Origin: an uncultured Actinomycetota bacterium
Lineage (GTDB): Bacteria; Actinomycetota; Actinomycetes; Propionibacteriales; Nocardioidaceae
Reading direction: 5' to 3'
NCBI GenBank assembly: GCA_963800485.1
Contig: CAWDBA010000006.1
Location: 41,428 to 105,427 of the forward strand
Length of the DNA stretch: 64,000 bases
The notes under the pieces were generated by a model, which was given only the letters and a program-made list of their open reading frames with translations, was not told the DNA's origin and searched no databases. This document shows positions 52,013 to 61,866 of this stretch, piece by piece. The first letter of the stretch is position 1. Each line of letters opens with the position of its first letter. A program made the translations under genes and the position numbers.

Positions 52013-53182
52013 ATGGCCGCCTGGCCCGTCCCTAGCCGCACAGCCCTTCGACCCACTCGTGCGGAGTCCGTGCTCGCCGTGGTGTTGCTGTGCTTTTCCC
52101 TGCTCGAGGTGCTGGCGTCGGACGAGCTGCCGCCGCCGACCCCGCTGCGGGTATCGCTGGCCATCATCCCGCCGGTGCTGGTGGCCTGGTCGAGACGCTG
52201 GCCCCCACAGGTCGCGGCCGTGCTCGTCGCAGACTTCCTACTGGCCGCGGCCACGCAGTCGGCTCCAGGCACGCTGGGTGTCGGACTCGCCTGGATGGCA
52301 CTGGTGTTCGCCATTGCCGCCTGGCGCCGACGACCGTGGCTGTGGCTGACAGCCGTGCTCGTCGCCAGCATTGCCCAGGATCTTCGAACTGACGGCTACG
52401 ACAATGTCGTCGTTGATGGGGCCTTCTTCCTCTTCGCTGCGACGGTGGGCCGGATCGTGCACGTTCGCAGTGCCCGCGCCGAAACGCTGTCCCACCGGTT
52501 GCAGCTCGCCGACCGGGAGCGCGACATCGAGGCCCAAGAGGCCGTCGCCAGGGAGCGCGCCGTCATCGCGCGGGAGCTGCACGACATCGTCGCGCACTCG
52601 GTAAGCCTGATGGTCGTGCAGGCGGGGACGGCCCGGCCGTTGGCCGAGCGGGTCGATGACGAGCTAGCGGGTGTCCTGGCGACGATCGAGCGAACTGGCC
52701 GTGAGGCACTCTCCGAGCTCCGCCGACTCCTAGGCGTCCTGCACGCGGCCGACGATCCCCACCTCGGGCCGGTCCCGGATCTCGGTCGCCTCGACGAGCT
52801 CATCGACACCGTCCGGTCCGCCGGGCTCGACGTCGAGGCGAAAGTCGACATCGCGGAGACGATCGCGCCCGGCGTGGCCCTGTGTGCCTACCGTGCGGTG
52901 CAGGAGGGGCTGACCAACGCGCTCCGGTACGCCGAGGGGTCATTGGTCGCCGTCAATGTCGCCGTCGTCGGCCGGACGCTGCAGGTCCGCGTGCAGGACC
53001 ACGGTGGCGAATCGCCGTCCGAGGCACTGGGCAGTGGTGCCGGCCTGATCGGACTCCGGGAACGAGTGCTCCTGTGTGGCGGGCAGATGATCGCGGGCCC
53101 GACCGCCGGGGGATTCCTGCTCGAGGTGACCCTGCCTACTGGCGACCAGACGCTGCCGAAGGTGGGGGGCGGGAAAACGTGA
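52013..53182 (+). CDS. HisKA_3 sensor histidine kinase
   Basis: ERAVIARELHDIVAH, YRAVQEGLTNALRY, GAGLIGLRERV. Confidence 0.9.
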   Translation: MAAWPVPSRTALRPTRAESVLAVVLLCFSLLEVLASDELPPPTPLRVSLAIIPPVLVAWSRRWPPQVAAVLVADFLLAAATQSAPGTLGVGLAWMALVFAIAAWRRRPWLWLTAVLVASIAQDLRTDGYDNVVVDGAFFLFAATVGRIVHVRSARAETLSHRLQLADRERDIEAQEAVARERAVIARELHDIVAHSVSLMVVQAGTARPLAERVDDELAGVLATIERTGREALSELRRLLGVLHAADDPHLGPVPDLGRLDELIDTVRSAGLDVEAKVDIAETIAPGVALCAYRAVQEGLTNALRYAEGSLVAVNVAVVGRTLQVRVQDHGGESPSEALGSGAGLIGLRERVLLCGGQMIAGPTAGGFLLEVTLPTGDQTLPKVGGGKT

Positions 53183-53832
53183 TCCAGGTTCTCCTCGTAG
53201 ACGACCAGCAGCTCGTCCGGGAAGGCTTCGCGCGGCTGCTACGCGACGTAGATGACATCGAGGTAGTTGGCGAGGCTGCCGACGGGGCTGCCGCGGTCGC
53301 ACTGGCCAGGGACCGTCTACCCGACGTGGTGCTCATGGACGTCCGGATGCCAGGGATGGACGGCATCGAGGCGACGGCGGCCATCGTGCGGGACCGGCCA
53401 GAGGTGAGGGTGCTCGTGCTGACGACATTCGACCTCGACGAAGCGGTGCACCGTGCCCTTCGCGCCGGTGCCAGCGGCTTCCTGCTCAAGGACACGCCAT
53501 ACGACCAGCTCGTGCACGCCATCCGGGTCGTCGCCCGTGGCGACTCGGTGCTGGCTCCATCGGTGACCCGTCGACTGATCGAGTCGTTCACGCCGCACCG
53601 CACGGTCACCGATCAGGACGCCGCCCGGCTGGGGCGTCTGACCGACCGGGAGGAAGAGGTGCTCGGTCATGTTGCGGAGGGCCTGTCCAACGCGGAGATC
53701 GGTGCCCGCCTGTTTCTCAGCGAAGCGACCGTGAAGACCCACGTCGGCCGCGTACTCGCCAAGCTCGGGTGCCGCGATCGTGTCCAGGCGGTCGTCTTCG
53801 CCTACCGAACTGGTTTCTCGGGACGGACCTGA
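53179..53832 (+). CDS. NarL/LuxR response regulator
   Basis: LVDDQ, LMDVRMP, LTTFD, FLLKD, LTDRE..TVKTHV. Confidence 0.93.
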   Translation: MIQVLLVDDQQLVREGFARLLRDVDDIEVVGEAADGAAAVALARDRLPDVVLMDVRMPGMDGIEATAAIVRDRPEVRVLVLTTFDLDEAVHRALRAGASGFLLKDTPYDQLVHAIRVVARGDSVLAPSVTRRLIESFTPHRTVTDQDAARLGRLTDREEEVLGHVAEGLSNAEIGARLFLSEATVKTHVGRVLAKLGCRDRVQAVVFAYRTGFSGRT

Positions 53833-54094
53833 CGCGCTCCCTCAACAACGACGACGACCCCGGTCCACAGCGGCGAAAGAGGAGCGTCCGTGGAGTGGTG
53901 GGGTTGAGGGCCGGCGGCGTGGCGTACGCGTCTTCTTCTCGGGCCTTGTCGCGTTGTCCCACTCAGGCACGTTTCCATCGGCCGTCCATCTCTTCGTTGA
54001 TCGCCTCAGCTTCAGCGGAGTTCGTGCCGACGCCCTTGGCACAAAGGACGTCCAGCGATCACCGAATGCGGATGCCTCTACGTCCGGGGGGAGC

Positions 54095-54214
54095 CTCAAC
54101 CGAACAGCTCTCTCACGGAGCTCCCGGTCGTCCTTCTTCCGCGTCGCTGGCATCTCGATCCCCATTGTCGATGTCGGGGTTGGTCAGCCGGCGGGTCCGG
54201 GCGGGGAGGACTCA
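54095..54214 (-). mobile_element. IS3-family left-end remnant
   Basis: TGAGTCCTCCCCG end followed by MPATRKKDDRELRERAVRL (OrfA-like N-terminus), then loss of similarity. Confidence 0.55.
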
Positions 54215-54781
54215 AACGCGCGGGATGGCGCGGCCCGTTGGACGATAGTCACTGACGAGGATCCGGTCGTCCAGCACCCGATGGCTGACAAGTTCAAGAT
54301 CGGCGGAGGCCATGTCGGTGTAGGCCCATTCTCTTCCGGGCGGTCCTGCGACCAGGGGGAATGTCACGAGGCGGAAGATGTCGACCAGCCGGGCGTCGAG
54401 GAGTTGACGGACGATCGACAGGCTGCCGATGGTGCGCAGCTCGGTGTCGCTGTCCTCGCTGGCTTTGAGTCGCCGCACCTCGGCGACAAGGTCGTCACTG
54501 ATCCGAGCGTGAGGCCACTCGACCTCGGTGAGCGTGCTCGAGAAGACGACTGTCTCGCGCTGCGTCAGCTGGTGCCAGCCGTCGTCCTTGGCCTCGTCTG
54601 GCAGTCCGGCCAGCATCGTGTAGCTGGTCCGGCCCATCAGCTGCACCTGCGCCTGTCCTGAGCCGGTCTGCATCCACTCCTCGAGATCGGGTCCCAGGTA
54701 TCCGAAGTAGCCGGGCAGTCCGTCGGACCCGGCCCAGCCGTCCACCGAGACGAACAGCTCGACCGTCAGCGTGCTTCCCAT
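54212..54781 (-). CDS. Dihydrofolate reductase / RibD C-terminal family protein
   Basis: FVSVDG, LMGRTSY, VVFSSTL, GSLSIV, FPLVAG; GAGGAGGAG RBS. Confidence 0.88.
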   Translation of the reverse strand: MGSTLTVELFVSVDGWAGSDGLPGYFGYLGPDLEEWMQTGSGQAQVQLMGRTSYTMLAGLPDEAKDDGWHQLTQRETVVFSSTLTEVEWPHARISDDLVAEVRRLKASEDSDTELRTIGSLSIVRQLLDARLVDIFRLVTFPLVAGPPGREWAYTDMASADLELVSHRVLDDRILVSDYRPTGRAIPRV

Positions 54782-54821
54782 GCTCCTCCTCGTCAGCACT
54801 TGTCGGGAGGACGGACTATAG

Positions 54822-54837
54822 TGAACCAGTGAGTTCA
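54822..54837. promoter_or_regulatory. Probable ArsR operator palindrome
   Basis: TGAAC-N6-GTTCA abutting ATG 54838, overlapping TATAGT -10, in the divergent intergenic region. Confidence 0.55.
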
Positions 54838-55164
54838 ATGACAAGCCAGCTGGATCGCACCTTTGCCGCGCTCGCTGATCCCCACCGACGCGACATCCTT
54901 GAGCGGGTGAGCCGAGGTCCCGCCACGGCATCCGAGCTCGCCGCACCGTCGGGGATGACCCTGACCGGGGTCCTCAAACATGTCCGCGCCCTCGAAGAGG
55001 CCCGTCTCGTCGAGACGACCAAAGTGGGCCGCGTCCGCTGGTGCCATCTGACACCGGGCGCTCTCGAGCCAGCCGCGACCTGGATGGCCTCGCGCCGGCG
55101 TCTCTGGGCCCGCCGACTCGACTCGCTTCAGGCCCACGTTGAAGGCGAGGGATCCAAGGCATGA
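54838..55164 (+). CDS. ArsR/SmtB family regulator
   Basis: FAALADPHRRDIL..KHVRALEEARLV..GRVRWC. Confidence 0.9.
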   Translation: MTSQLDRTFAALADPHRRDILERVSRGPATASELAAPSGMTLTGVLKHVRALEEARLVETTKVGRVRWCHLTPGALEPAATWMASRRRLWARRLDSLQAHVEGEGSKA

Positions 55165-55460
55165 GTCTCAGCATCGAGGTCCAACGCATCTTCGCGTGAG
55201 TCCCGAGGTGGCGTTCCACCACTGGGTCGAGGCCGAGACCGACCTGCGGGTCGGTGGCACGTTCCGGGCGTGTTCGAGGTCGTCGAACCTCCCCGCCGTC
55301 TCGTTCACACCAGCAATCACCCCGAGATCGCCCAGCGAGGGCAATCCGGTTGAGCTACGCGTCACCGCGACCTTCGACCTTGACGGTGAGGGCACGATCC
55401 TGCGACTCGCCGGATCGGCTTCGCCTCGGTCCTTCAGCCAACGGCTACCGACTGACCGGA
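55161..55460 (+). pseudogene. SRPBCC/AHSA1 domain pseudogene
   Basis: ATGA overlap with arsR; early frameshift; fragments SPEVAFHHW, DLRVGG, VTATF..GTILRL. Confidence 0.6.
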
Positions 55461-55769
55461 CGGCGGCCGGCAGCAGACGAGTAGAGGCGGACGAGGCTGC
55501 GTATCCAGCGATCCTGACCGCTGCCGGCGCCACCCGCCCCGCGGCACGAAAGGAGCCGCCGCCGTCCCACGAGCGGTTCGGCTCCTGGCGGCGGCGGTCC
55601 TGACGGGGTGAACTGGCCCCTCGGGAGCATGGAGTTGATCCGAGGGGACCAGCATGCTCAGTGAAGGACGTGGAACCCATGATGGCCAAGGGACCGACCT
55701 CTCGCCCGATCGTGAACCGAGGCCGCTGGATCGTGGGACGTGTCGCTCCCGGGGTGGGTGCCGCCGGGT

Positions 55770-56441
55770 TCAGTGGCCCCCCCCGGTGTCGACGCGGCCG
55801 CTCTCGTAGGCCCAGATGACGATCTCGACGCGGTTGCGTGCCGAGAGCTTGTTCATCAGGGTGCCGATGTGGGTCTTCACGGTGCTCAGCGAGAGGAAGA
55901 GGTCCTCGGCGATCTCGCTGTTGGTCCGGCCGGCGGCGACCAGGTCCAGGACGACCTCCTCGCGGGGCGTCAGGGGGTCGATCGGCTCGGGGACTTGCCC
56001 GGAGCGGGTCGAGGCGAACGTGGCGAGGAGTCGTGCGGTCACGGTCGGGGAGATCAGCGCGTCGCCCGCGGCGGCGGACCGTACGGCGCGGGCGAGCAAC
56101 TCGGGGTCGGCGTCCTTGAGCAGAAAGCCGCGCGCCCCGGCCCTGAGGGCGTCGTAGACGTATTCGTCCTGGTCGAAGGTGGTGATGACGATGACAGGGA
56201 CCGGATGAGCGACCTCGGGGCCCGCGACCAGGCGGGTGGCCTCGATACCGTCGAGGTGGGGCATCCGGATGTCGAAGAGGCAGACGTCGGGGCGCAGCGA
56301 TCTGACGCGGTCGACGGCCTCCAGTCCGTCGCGGGCCTGGCCGACCACGTCGATCGACGGTTCGGCGTCAAGGATCGTGGCGAGCCCGACGCGGACCATG
56401 TCCTGGTCGTCCGCGATGAGCACCCGCACCGGCTCGGTCAT
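55770..56441 (-). CDS. NarL/LuxR response regulator
   Basis: IADDQ, FDIRMP, TTFD, FLLKD, LTPRE..TVKTH. Confidence 0.93.
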   Translation of the reverse strand: MTEPVRVLIADDQDMVRVGLATILDAEPSIDVVGQARDGLEAVDRVRSLRPDVCLFDIRMPHLDGIEATRLVAGPEVAHPVPVIVITTFDQDEYVYDALRAGARGFLLKDADPELLARAVRSAAAGDALISPTVTARLLATFASTRSGQVPEPIDPLTPREEVVLDLVAAGRTNSEIAEDLFLSLSTVKTHIGTLMNKLSARNRVEIVIWAYESGRVDTGGGH

Positions 56442-57616
56442 GGGCCGACCTCCTCGGCGTCCGCGGTCAACGGGACGGTTGCCTCGACCGTCCAGCCGCC
56501 GTCGGGATCAGGCCCGGCGCGGACGTCGCCACCGAGCAGCGAGAAGCGCTCCCGCATGCCGGCCAGCCCGTAGGACGCGGCTGCGCGGCGTCCGCGACCC
56601 GGGGTGGCCGGTCCCCCGTCGTCGTGGACCCGCAGCCGCGCTGTGTGCCCGTCACCCCGGAGGTCCACGGACACCACCGTGGGATCGGTCGCGTGACGAC
56701 GAGCGTTGGTGACCGCCTCCTGCGCGGCTCGAAACAGTGCCGACTCCGCGGTCGCGGGCAGCCGCTCGAGGTCGCCGGAGGTCTCCACGACGACCCTCGG
56801 GCCGATGCCGCGGTCGCGGGCGAGCTGCGGGATGTCGGCGATGCCGTAGGTGGGCCTCCGACTGTCTCCGGTCTGCTGGTCGTGGCGCAGCAGCGCCACC
56901 ATCGCCCGCATGTCGTCCAGGGTCCGCGCGGCGGCGTCCTCCACGTCGTTGACCGCCTCCGCGGCGGCGCTGGGGTCGGTGCGCGCGCGGACCTTGGCGG
57001 CCCGGGCGTGCAGCAAGATGCCGGAGACGTGGTGCGCGACGGTGTCGTGGAGGTCGCGGGCCAGCTGCTCCCGCTCGCGGGCCCGGATCTCCTCGCGTGT
57101 GCGCACCTGGGACCCGGCCCAGGACCGCACCAGCGCGCCGATCGCCACGGGCAGCATCAGGGCCCCGACGCCGATCGCCATCGAGGAGCCGCTGGAGTCG
57201 TAGAGGGGCTCGCGGGCCAGATGGACCACCAGCAGGAAGCAGCTGCCTGCGACCACGCCGCGTCCGCTGGCCCAGCGGCCCAACGAGTAGGCAAGCAGCA
57301 GCACGACGGCGGTGACGTCGAGGACGCTGTGCGGCTCTCCCGCCAGAGCCGGGACGATCCCGGCGACGGTCTGCGCGGTGTAGCCCACCACCAGCATCAC
57401 CAGTGGGTGGTGGGGTCGCCACAGCAGCGTGGCGACGCACACCAGCGCCCACGTCGCGTGCCAGACGGGCCAGACCACATCGGCGCGCAGGCCCGCCTCG
57501 AGTGCGGTGAGCGGGACCAGCCCGGCGACCAGAGCCCGGTCCCACCACGCGGTCCCCGGGGGCGCGGTCGCCCGCGGTTCGTCCCACAGCGCCCGCAGCG
57601 CCCCTGTGACCACCAC
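56438..57616 (-). CDS. HisKA_3 sensor histidine kinase
   Basis: EREQLARDLHDTVAHH, QEAVTNARRH, YGLAGMRER. Confidence 0.9.
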   Translation of the reverse strand: MVVTGALRALWDEPRATAPPGTAWWDRALVAGLVPLTALEAGLRADVVWPVWHATWALVCVATLLWRPHHPLVMLVVGYTAQTVAGIVPALAGEPHSVLDVTAVVLLLAYSLGRWASGRGVVAGSCFLLVVHLAREPLYDSSGSSMAIGVGALMLPVAIGALVRSWAGSQVRTREEIRAREREQLARDLHDTVAHHVSGILLHARAAKVRARTDPSAAAEAVNDVEDAAARTLDDMRAMVALLRHDQQTGDSRRPTYGIADIPQLARDRGIGPRVVVETSGDLERLPATAESALFRAAQEAVTNARRHATDPTVVSVDLRGDGHTARLRVHDDGGPATPGRGRRAAASYGLAGMRERFSLLGGDVRAGPDPDGGWTVEATVPLTADAEEVGP

Positions 57617-57744
57617 CTCAGCCTAGGCTGCGGACGCCGACGCTCGGATGGAACTTTCGGCCGATGCGGGTCGGCCTGCGGGAGGAGAAGGCTCCGACCC
57701 CGGCTCCGATGCCCCGGGGACCTGGGCTCGCGCAGGATCGGACC

Positions 57745-58488
57745 ATGACACGACACGCCGCCTCCACCGTCTCTGCCACCGTCTCCGACACGGCCGGTCC
57801 TGCCCCGGTCCCCGGCGCCACGTCATCGGGCCCGACACCATCCGCTCTCGTCCGCTCCGGCGGCACCGCCGCTCTCGTCGTCGCCGGCACCTACGTCGTG
57901 GGTTTCGTCGCGATGGTTGCCTACTTCGTCCCCCACGGCTTCGCCTCGCCGGTGGGCGACCCCTCGGGGTCGCTCGGCTTCCTCCGGGACCACCAAGCCG
58001 AGCTGGCCGGCTGGTACCTGGTGCTCTACCTCCTCGGCGGCGCCGCGATGGCGCTGGTCACCCTCGGGGTCGGCCAGCGACTCGGGCGAGCGCCAGCGCT
58101 CGCCCGCGTCACCACCGCACTGGGCCTGATCTGGTCCGGCATGCTCGTCGCCAGTGGGAGCGTCGCCCTCGTGGCGCAGAAGGCTGCTGTGGAGCTCTAC
58201 GCCCAGGACCCGGACCTTGCCCTGAACACCTGGGTCTCGACCAGCGTGGTCCAGAACGCCCTCGGCGGCGGCATTGAGGTCGCCGGCGCCTTCTGGGCAG
58301 CCGCGGTCGGACTCGCCGTCCTGCGGACCCGGGCGCTCTCCGCTGGACTCGGCGGCCTCGCGATCGGACTCGCCGTCGTCGGCATGGCCACCGTCATTCC
58401 TGTCGCGTCCGAGGCCGCGACCTCTGTCTTCGGGCTTGGACTGATCGTCTGGTTCACCTGGCTCGGCCTCGCACTGCGCCGGCGCTGA
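57745..58488 (+). CDS. DUF4386-like membrane protein
   Basis: Six TMs, LGGGIE motif; divergent from the histidine kinase. Confidence 0.72.
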   Translation: MTRHAASTVSATVSDTAGPAPVPGATSSGPTPSALVRSGGTAALVVAGTYVVGFVAMVAYFVPHGFASPVGDPSGSLGFLRDHQAELAGWYLVLYLLGGAAMALVTLGVGQRLGRAPALARVTTALGLIWSGMLVASGSVALVAQKAAVELYAQDPDLALNTWVSTSVVQNALGGGIEVAGAFWAAAVGLAVLRTRALSAGLGGLAIGLAVVGMATVIPVASEAATSVFGLGLIVWFTWLGLALRRR

Positions 58489-58593
58489 GCCAGCCGAGAC
58501 CGCACCGGTTCCGGCGAGTCCGCCCCCCCGGCGCGGCGGACGCGTCGGGCTCCCCGCCAGCCCGTCACCCCACACTCGACCCTGGAAGTGACC

Positions 58594-59094
58594 ATGAGGA
58601 CCACACCCAGACTCAGGCCCACATCCCCACGTGGGCTGCGCATGCTGGCGCTGCTCGGCGCGCTGCCCCTGACCGCTGTGGCCGCCTTCCAGGTCGCCCT
58701 GTGGCTCGGGGCACCCTACGGCGACGCGGTCCTGGGAGGCCGCGCCGAGACCGTCGACGGCGCCCTCAGCTCGCCCTACCGGTGGGCCGCACTAGGACAA
58801 GCAGGCCTCGCCGGGGCGATGGCCTGGCTGCTACTGGCGCGCGGCGGCCTCCTCCGCGTCCGTCGACTCGGCACCCGCGGACTGCGCGCGGCCGCCGGCA
58901 CGATCGCCGGGTCCATGGCACTCAACACCGTGGCCAACCTGACCTCCCCGCACCCGCTGGAACGCTGGATGGGCGCCGCGACCTTCGCGGTCGGCCTCGC
59001 CGGAGCCGCGCTCGCCACCTCCCCGACCCCCACGGCCGTCACGCCCGCCGCCTCAGGCCACAGGACCGCCCAGCAGATCGAGACCGCGAGATGA
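58594..59094 (+). CDS. Hypothetical membrane protein
   Basis: FQVALWLGAPYG..GG, LNTVANL..ERW; four TMs. Confidence 0.7.
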   Translation: MRTTPRLRPTSPRGLRMLALLGALPLTAVAAFQVALWLGAPYGDAVLGGRAETVDGALSSPYRWAALGQAGLAGAMAWLLLARGGLLRVRRLGTRGLRAAAGTIAGSMALNTVANLTSPHPLERWMGAATFAVGLAGAALATSPTPTAVTPAASGHRTAQQIETAR

Positions 59095-59249
59095 GCGCCA
59101 GGCTCCACGTGGACTCACCAGGGGCCCGGCTGGCCGTCGACGGCGTACTCCGGTCTCCGTCCCGCTCCGCCACGACGGGCCGGGAGCCCCCGATGACCTC
59201 GCCGGACTACGTGACGTGCCCACCGAGCAGGGCGTCAGTTGCGCCCCGT

Positions 59250-59360
59250 TCGGACCAACCAACAGATCGGCACCGAGCACGTCACCGCATCGGACACTCC
59301 TGGGGGCGTCGTCGCCCGCGAGTACGCACGAAGCCACCCCGAGCACATCCAGGCCTGCTG
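59250..59360 (+). pseudogene. Alpha/beta hydrolase fragment
   Basis: IGHSWG nucleophile elbow, frameshifted into GVVAREYARSHPEHI. Confidence 0.45.
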
Positions 59361-59708
59361 GTGCAGCCCCCACCGGCCATCGGGCCCGACGGGCCGGCGT
59401 GGAGACACGCGGCTGCTCGGCGAGAGCCGTGCACCGCACCAAGGACACAGTCCGCCGATGGCGGACCAGGACACGGCGCGATGCGGCGCTCGGTGACGGC
59501 GTCCGCGCAGCCGCTCGGAGTGGCTCAGCATCGCGCACGTCTGTTGGCTCGTGGTCGGCGAAGCGACGAGATGGGCTCGTGTCCGAAGTGCCACCATCGG
59601 CGCGGCACCTGCGCCATGATCGCGTGCGCCGCGTAGGTGACGCCGACCAGCCCCAAGACGACGAGCCCGACCCACTGGTCCGCGGCCGGCAGCAGGACCT
59701 CCCGCCGA

Positions 59709-60443
59709 TCACTTCCCCGACGTACCGGCTGTCCGTACGTCGACCACCCCAGGAATCTCGGTGGTACCGGCGAACTGGTCCTTCATCGCGTCGACCCCAC
59801 GTTGCGGGTGCGCCAGGTCAACGAAGGTCTGCCGCTCGTCGTGCTTCTTGGCGGTGTCTAGATTCATCGCCTGTGCCCGGTCGTCCTTGAGCGACTCCTC
59901 GCACTCACCCTCCCGGTTGAACGACCACATCAGCTTCGGATCGCCCAAGGGCAGGGCATCTCCCGGCTCGCCGTCGTGTCGGCCGGTGTGCCAGGTGTGC
60001 CAGGTCTTGCCATACGAGTTCATCAACTGCTTCATGAACGCCTTCTCCGCCATGTCGGGAAGCCCGGGGGCGACCAGCTGGCCGGAGAGCACCTCGAAGT
60101 TGTGCGGGTGCCAGTAGTCCTTCTCCTGCTCCGGCAGGCCGTCGAACAGCGCTTCGGAGACGATGTACTCGATCCCGATCAGGTTCGCCTGCTTCGTGTT
60201 GCCGTCGAACAGCACACACTGCAGCAGGTCGTCGTTGACCACCCGGCAGTAGTGGTGAGCCTCCATCTGCGAGCCCGGCTCGTTCTTCGGGCAATGGAAC
60301 CCGACCACGTAAACATCGAAGTCCTTCAACGGGCTCGTGTCCTGCAGCACGTTCGCGCCCTGCTCCAGGGTGGCCAGCCAGGCACCCTTGCCCTTCCCAG
60401 CCGGACTGGTCGGACTGAGCCGATCCTTGATCATGGGGTTCAT
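59709..60443 (-). CDS. OBAP / DUF1264 family protein
   Basis: GFH, EAHHYC, QCVLFD, LIGIEYI, YWHPHNFEV, YGKTWHTW, PKLMWSF. Confidence 0.85.
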   Translation of the reverse strand: MNPMIKDRLSPTSPAGKGKGAWLATLEQGANVLQDTSPLKDFDVYVVGFHCPKNEPGSQMEAHHYCRVVNDDLLQCVLFDGNTKQANLIGIEYIVSEALFDGLPEQEKDYWHPHNFEVLSGQLVAPGLPDMAEKAFMKQLMNSYGKTWHTWHTGRHDGEPGDALPLGDPKLMWSFNREGECEESLKDDRAQAMNLDTAKKHDERQTFVDLAHPQRGVDAMKDQFAGTTEIPGVVDVRTAGTSGK

Positions 60444-60694
60444 TCGCTCGCCTTCTCCATCGGCGCCACTCCCCGCGGCCATACCCGTCGGCACGGACGG
60501 GCAATCGCCTCGCCAGGGAGTTCTTCAATCGATGAATCCGTCTGCGCTGCGCAGGGCGGCCGCCAGCGGATGACCGCCAGGACTGATCGCCTGGGCGGCC
60601 TCGACGTTCTCTTCGCCCGACGAGCGGCCCGCCGCGGAGCCTGAGGCCGATGGCGGTGAGGCCGGACCGCCTCCGGCTCCTGCATCGTCGTCGG

Positions 60695-61384
60695 TCACAG
60701 CTGTCCTCTCACCCCGGGTTCTGTCGTGATCCGCCGCGAGCCACCCTCGGCCCCGTGTGACACCGCGTCCCGGGAGGCACCGGTCCTGCCGAGCGGGAGC
60801 ACCGCGTGGCCCCGGAGGCCTTCGAGCTCGAACGCCAACGCCGCATAGATCGCGGTCGCGGCCAGTGCGAGGCCGGCGATGGCGGCGGTCGTCCGCCAGC
60901 CGCCGCCGCCGTGCAGCTGATAGATCCCGGTGAGCAGGAAGCGCACGGCGCTCCCGCCCATGACTGCGGCCGCTGCCGGCTTCTGCCACGCCGCCACGAC
61001 GGGCACGACCAGGGTCAGCGTCGCGGCGACGAGGAACAGCCCGAGCCCCGGCGAGCGGGAGCCCACCGGCTCCTCGAGCGTCACCGTGCCGATCACGGCC
61101 CAGGAGCCGGCGAGCAGCGTGCATCCCGTGGCCGCGACCGGGTCACGGGTGAGGAAGCCGATCAGACCGGCGGCACCTTGCAGCGGGACCGTGACCAGGA
61201 GAGCCACGAGAGCTGCCACCCCTGCCTGGTCCGCGGACACCCAGCGGAGCTCCACCCCGCTGAACCCGATACTGGCCAGGGCGAGCGCGAGGAACGACAT
61301 CGGCAGCGGCGTCGCGTACGGCCGGAGCATGATGGTTCGGTCCGCGGTGCGCCGCGGGAACGTCTGTGCTGAGCTCTGGTTCAT
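60695..61384 (-). CDS. GPR1/FUN34/YaaH (SatP-like) membrane protein
   Basis: LRPYATPLPMSF resembles the NPAPLGL-like signature; six TMs; EPGVRGQL end. Confidence 0.7.
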   Translation of the reverse strand: MNQSSAQTFPRRTADRTIMLRPYATPLPMSFLALALASIGFSGVELRWVSADQAGVAALVALLVTVPLQGAAGLIGFLTRDPVAATGCTLLAGSWAVIGTVTLEEPVGSRSPGLGLFLVAATLTLVVPVVAAWQKPAAAAVMGGSAVRFLLTGIYQLHGGGGWRTTAAIAGLALAATAIYAALAFELEGLRGHAVLPLGRTGASRDAVSHGAEGGSRRITTEPGVRGQL

Positions 61385-61866
61385 GGGCAATTGGGTCGGT
61401 CGGGGACGAGGAACGGGTGGCGGGCGAGGAGTGGCAGTGGGCGTCGGGCGGCACACGCCGGGCTCGCCCCTGCCTCAACTGACGCGTACCCATCAAGGGA
61501 CAAAGGATTCGCCTGTGGCGGGACCTGGCTTCGTGGTGGCGGGCCCGGTCAGCATCTGGCCACCGGTGGGGCGTTCTGGGTCACGACCTCATCGATGGTC
61601 TCCTCGACGGTGAGCCGCTTGGGACTGGCTCGTCCTTACTGCGGGGCCTGCGCGGGGCCAGCTGTTCACGCGGCCCACCTGGCGAACGCGAACGTGCGCG
61701 CTACGCCCTCCTGGAGCTCGATTCCTCGACGTGTCCCGCATGCCGATCCCGCATCGGTGATCGCTCCGTGTTTCCTCGCCGGTCGGTGCAGCACGCGGAC
61801 GGCATCTCGGAGGGTCTCCAGGGTGACGACGTCGGTCGTGCCGGGACGGGTGCGAGGCTGCGCCGT

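Noticed and set aside
53842-54165. 107-aa ORF as a real gene
   Set aside because: Only the first ~20 codons resemble IS3 OrfA; the rest has no support.
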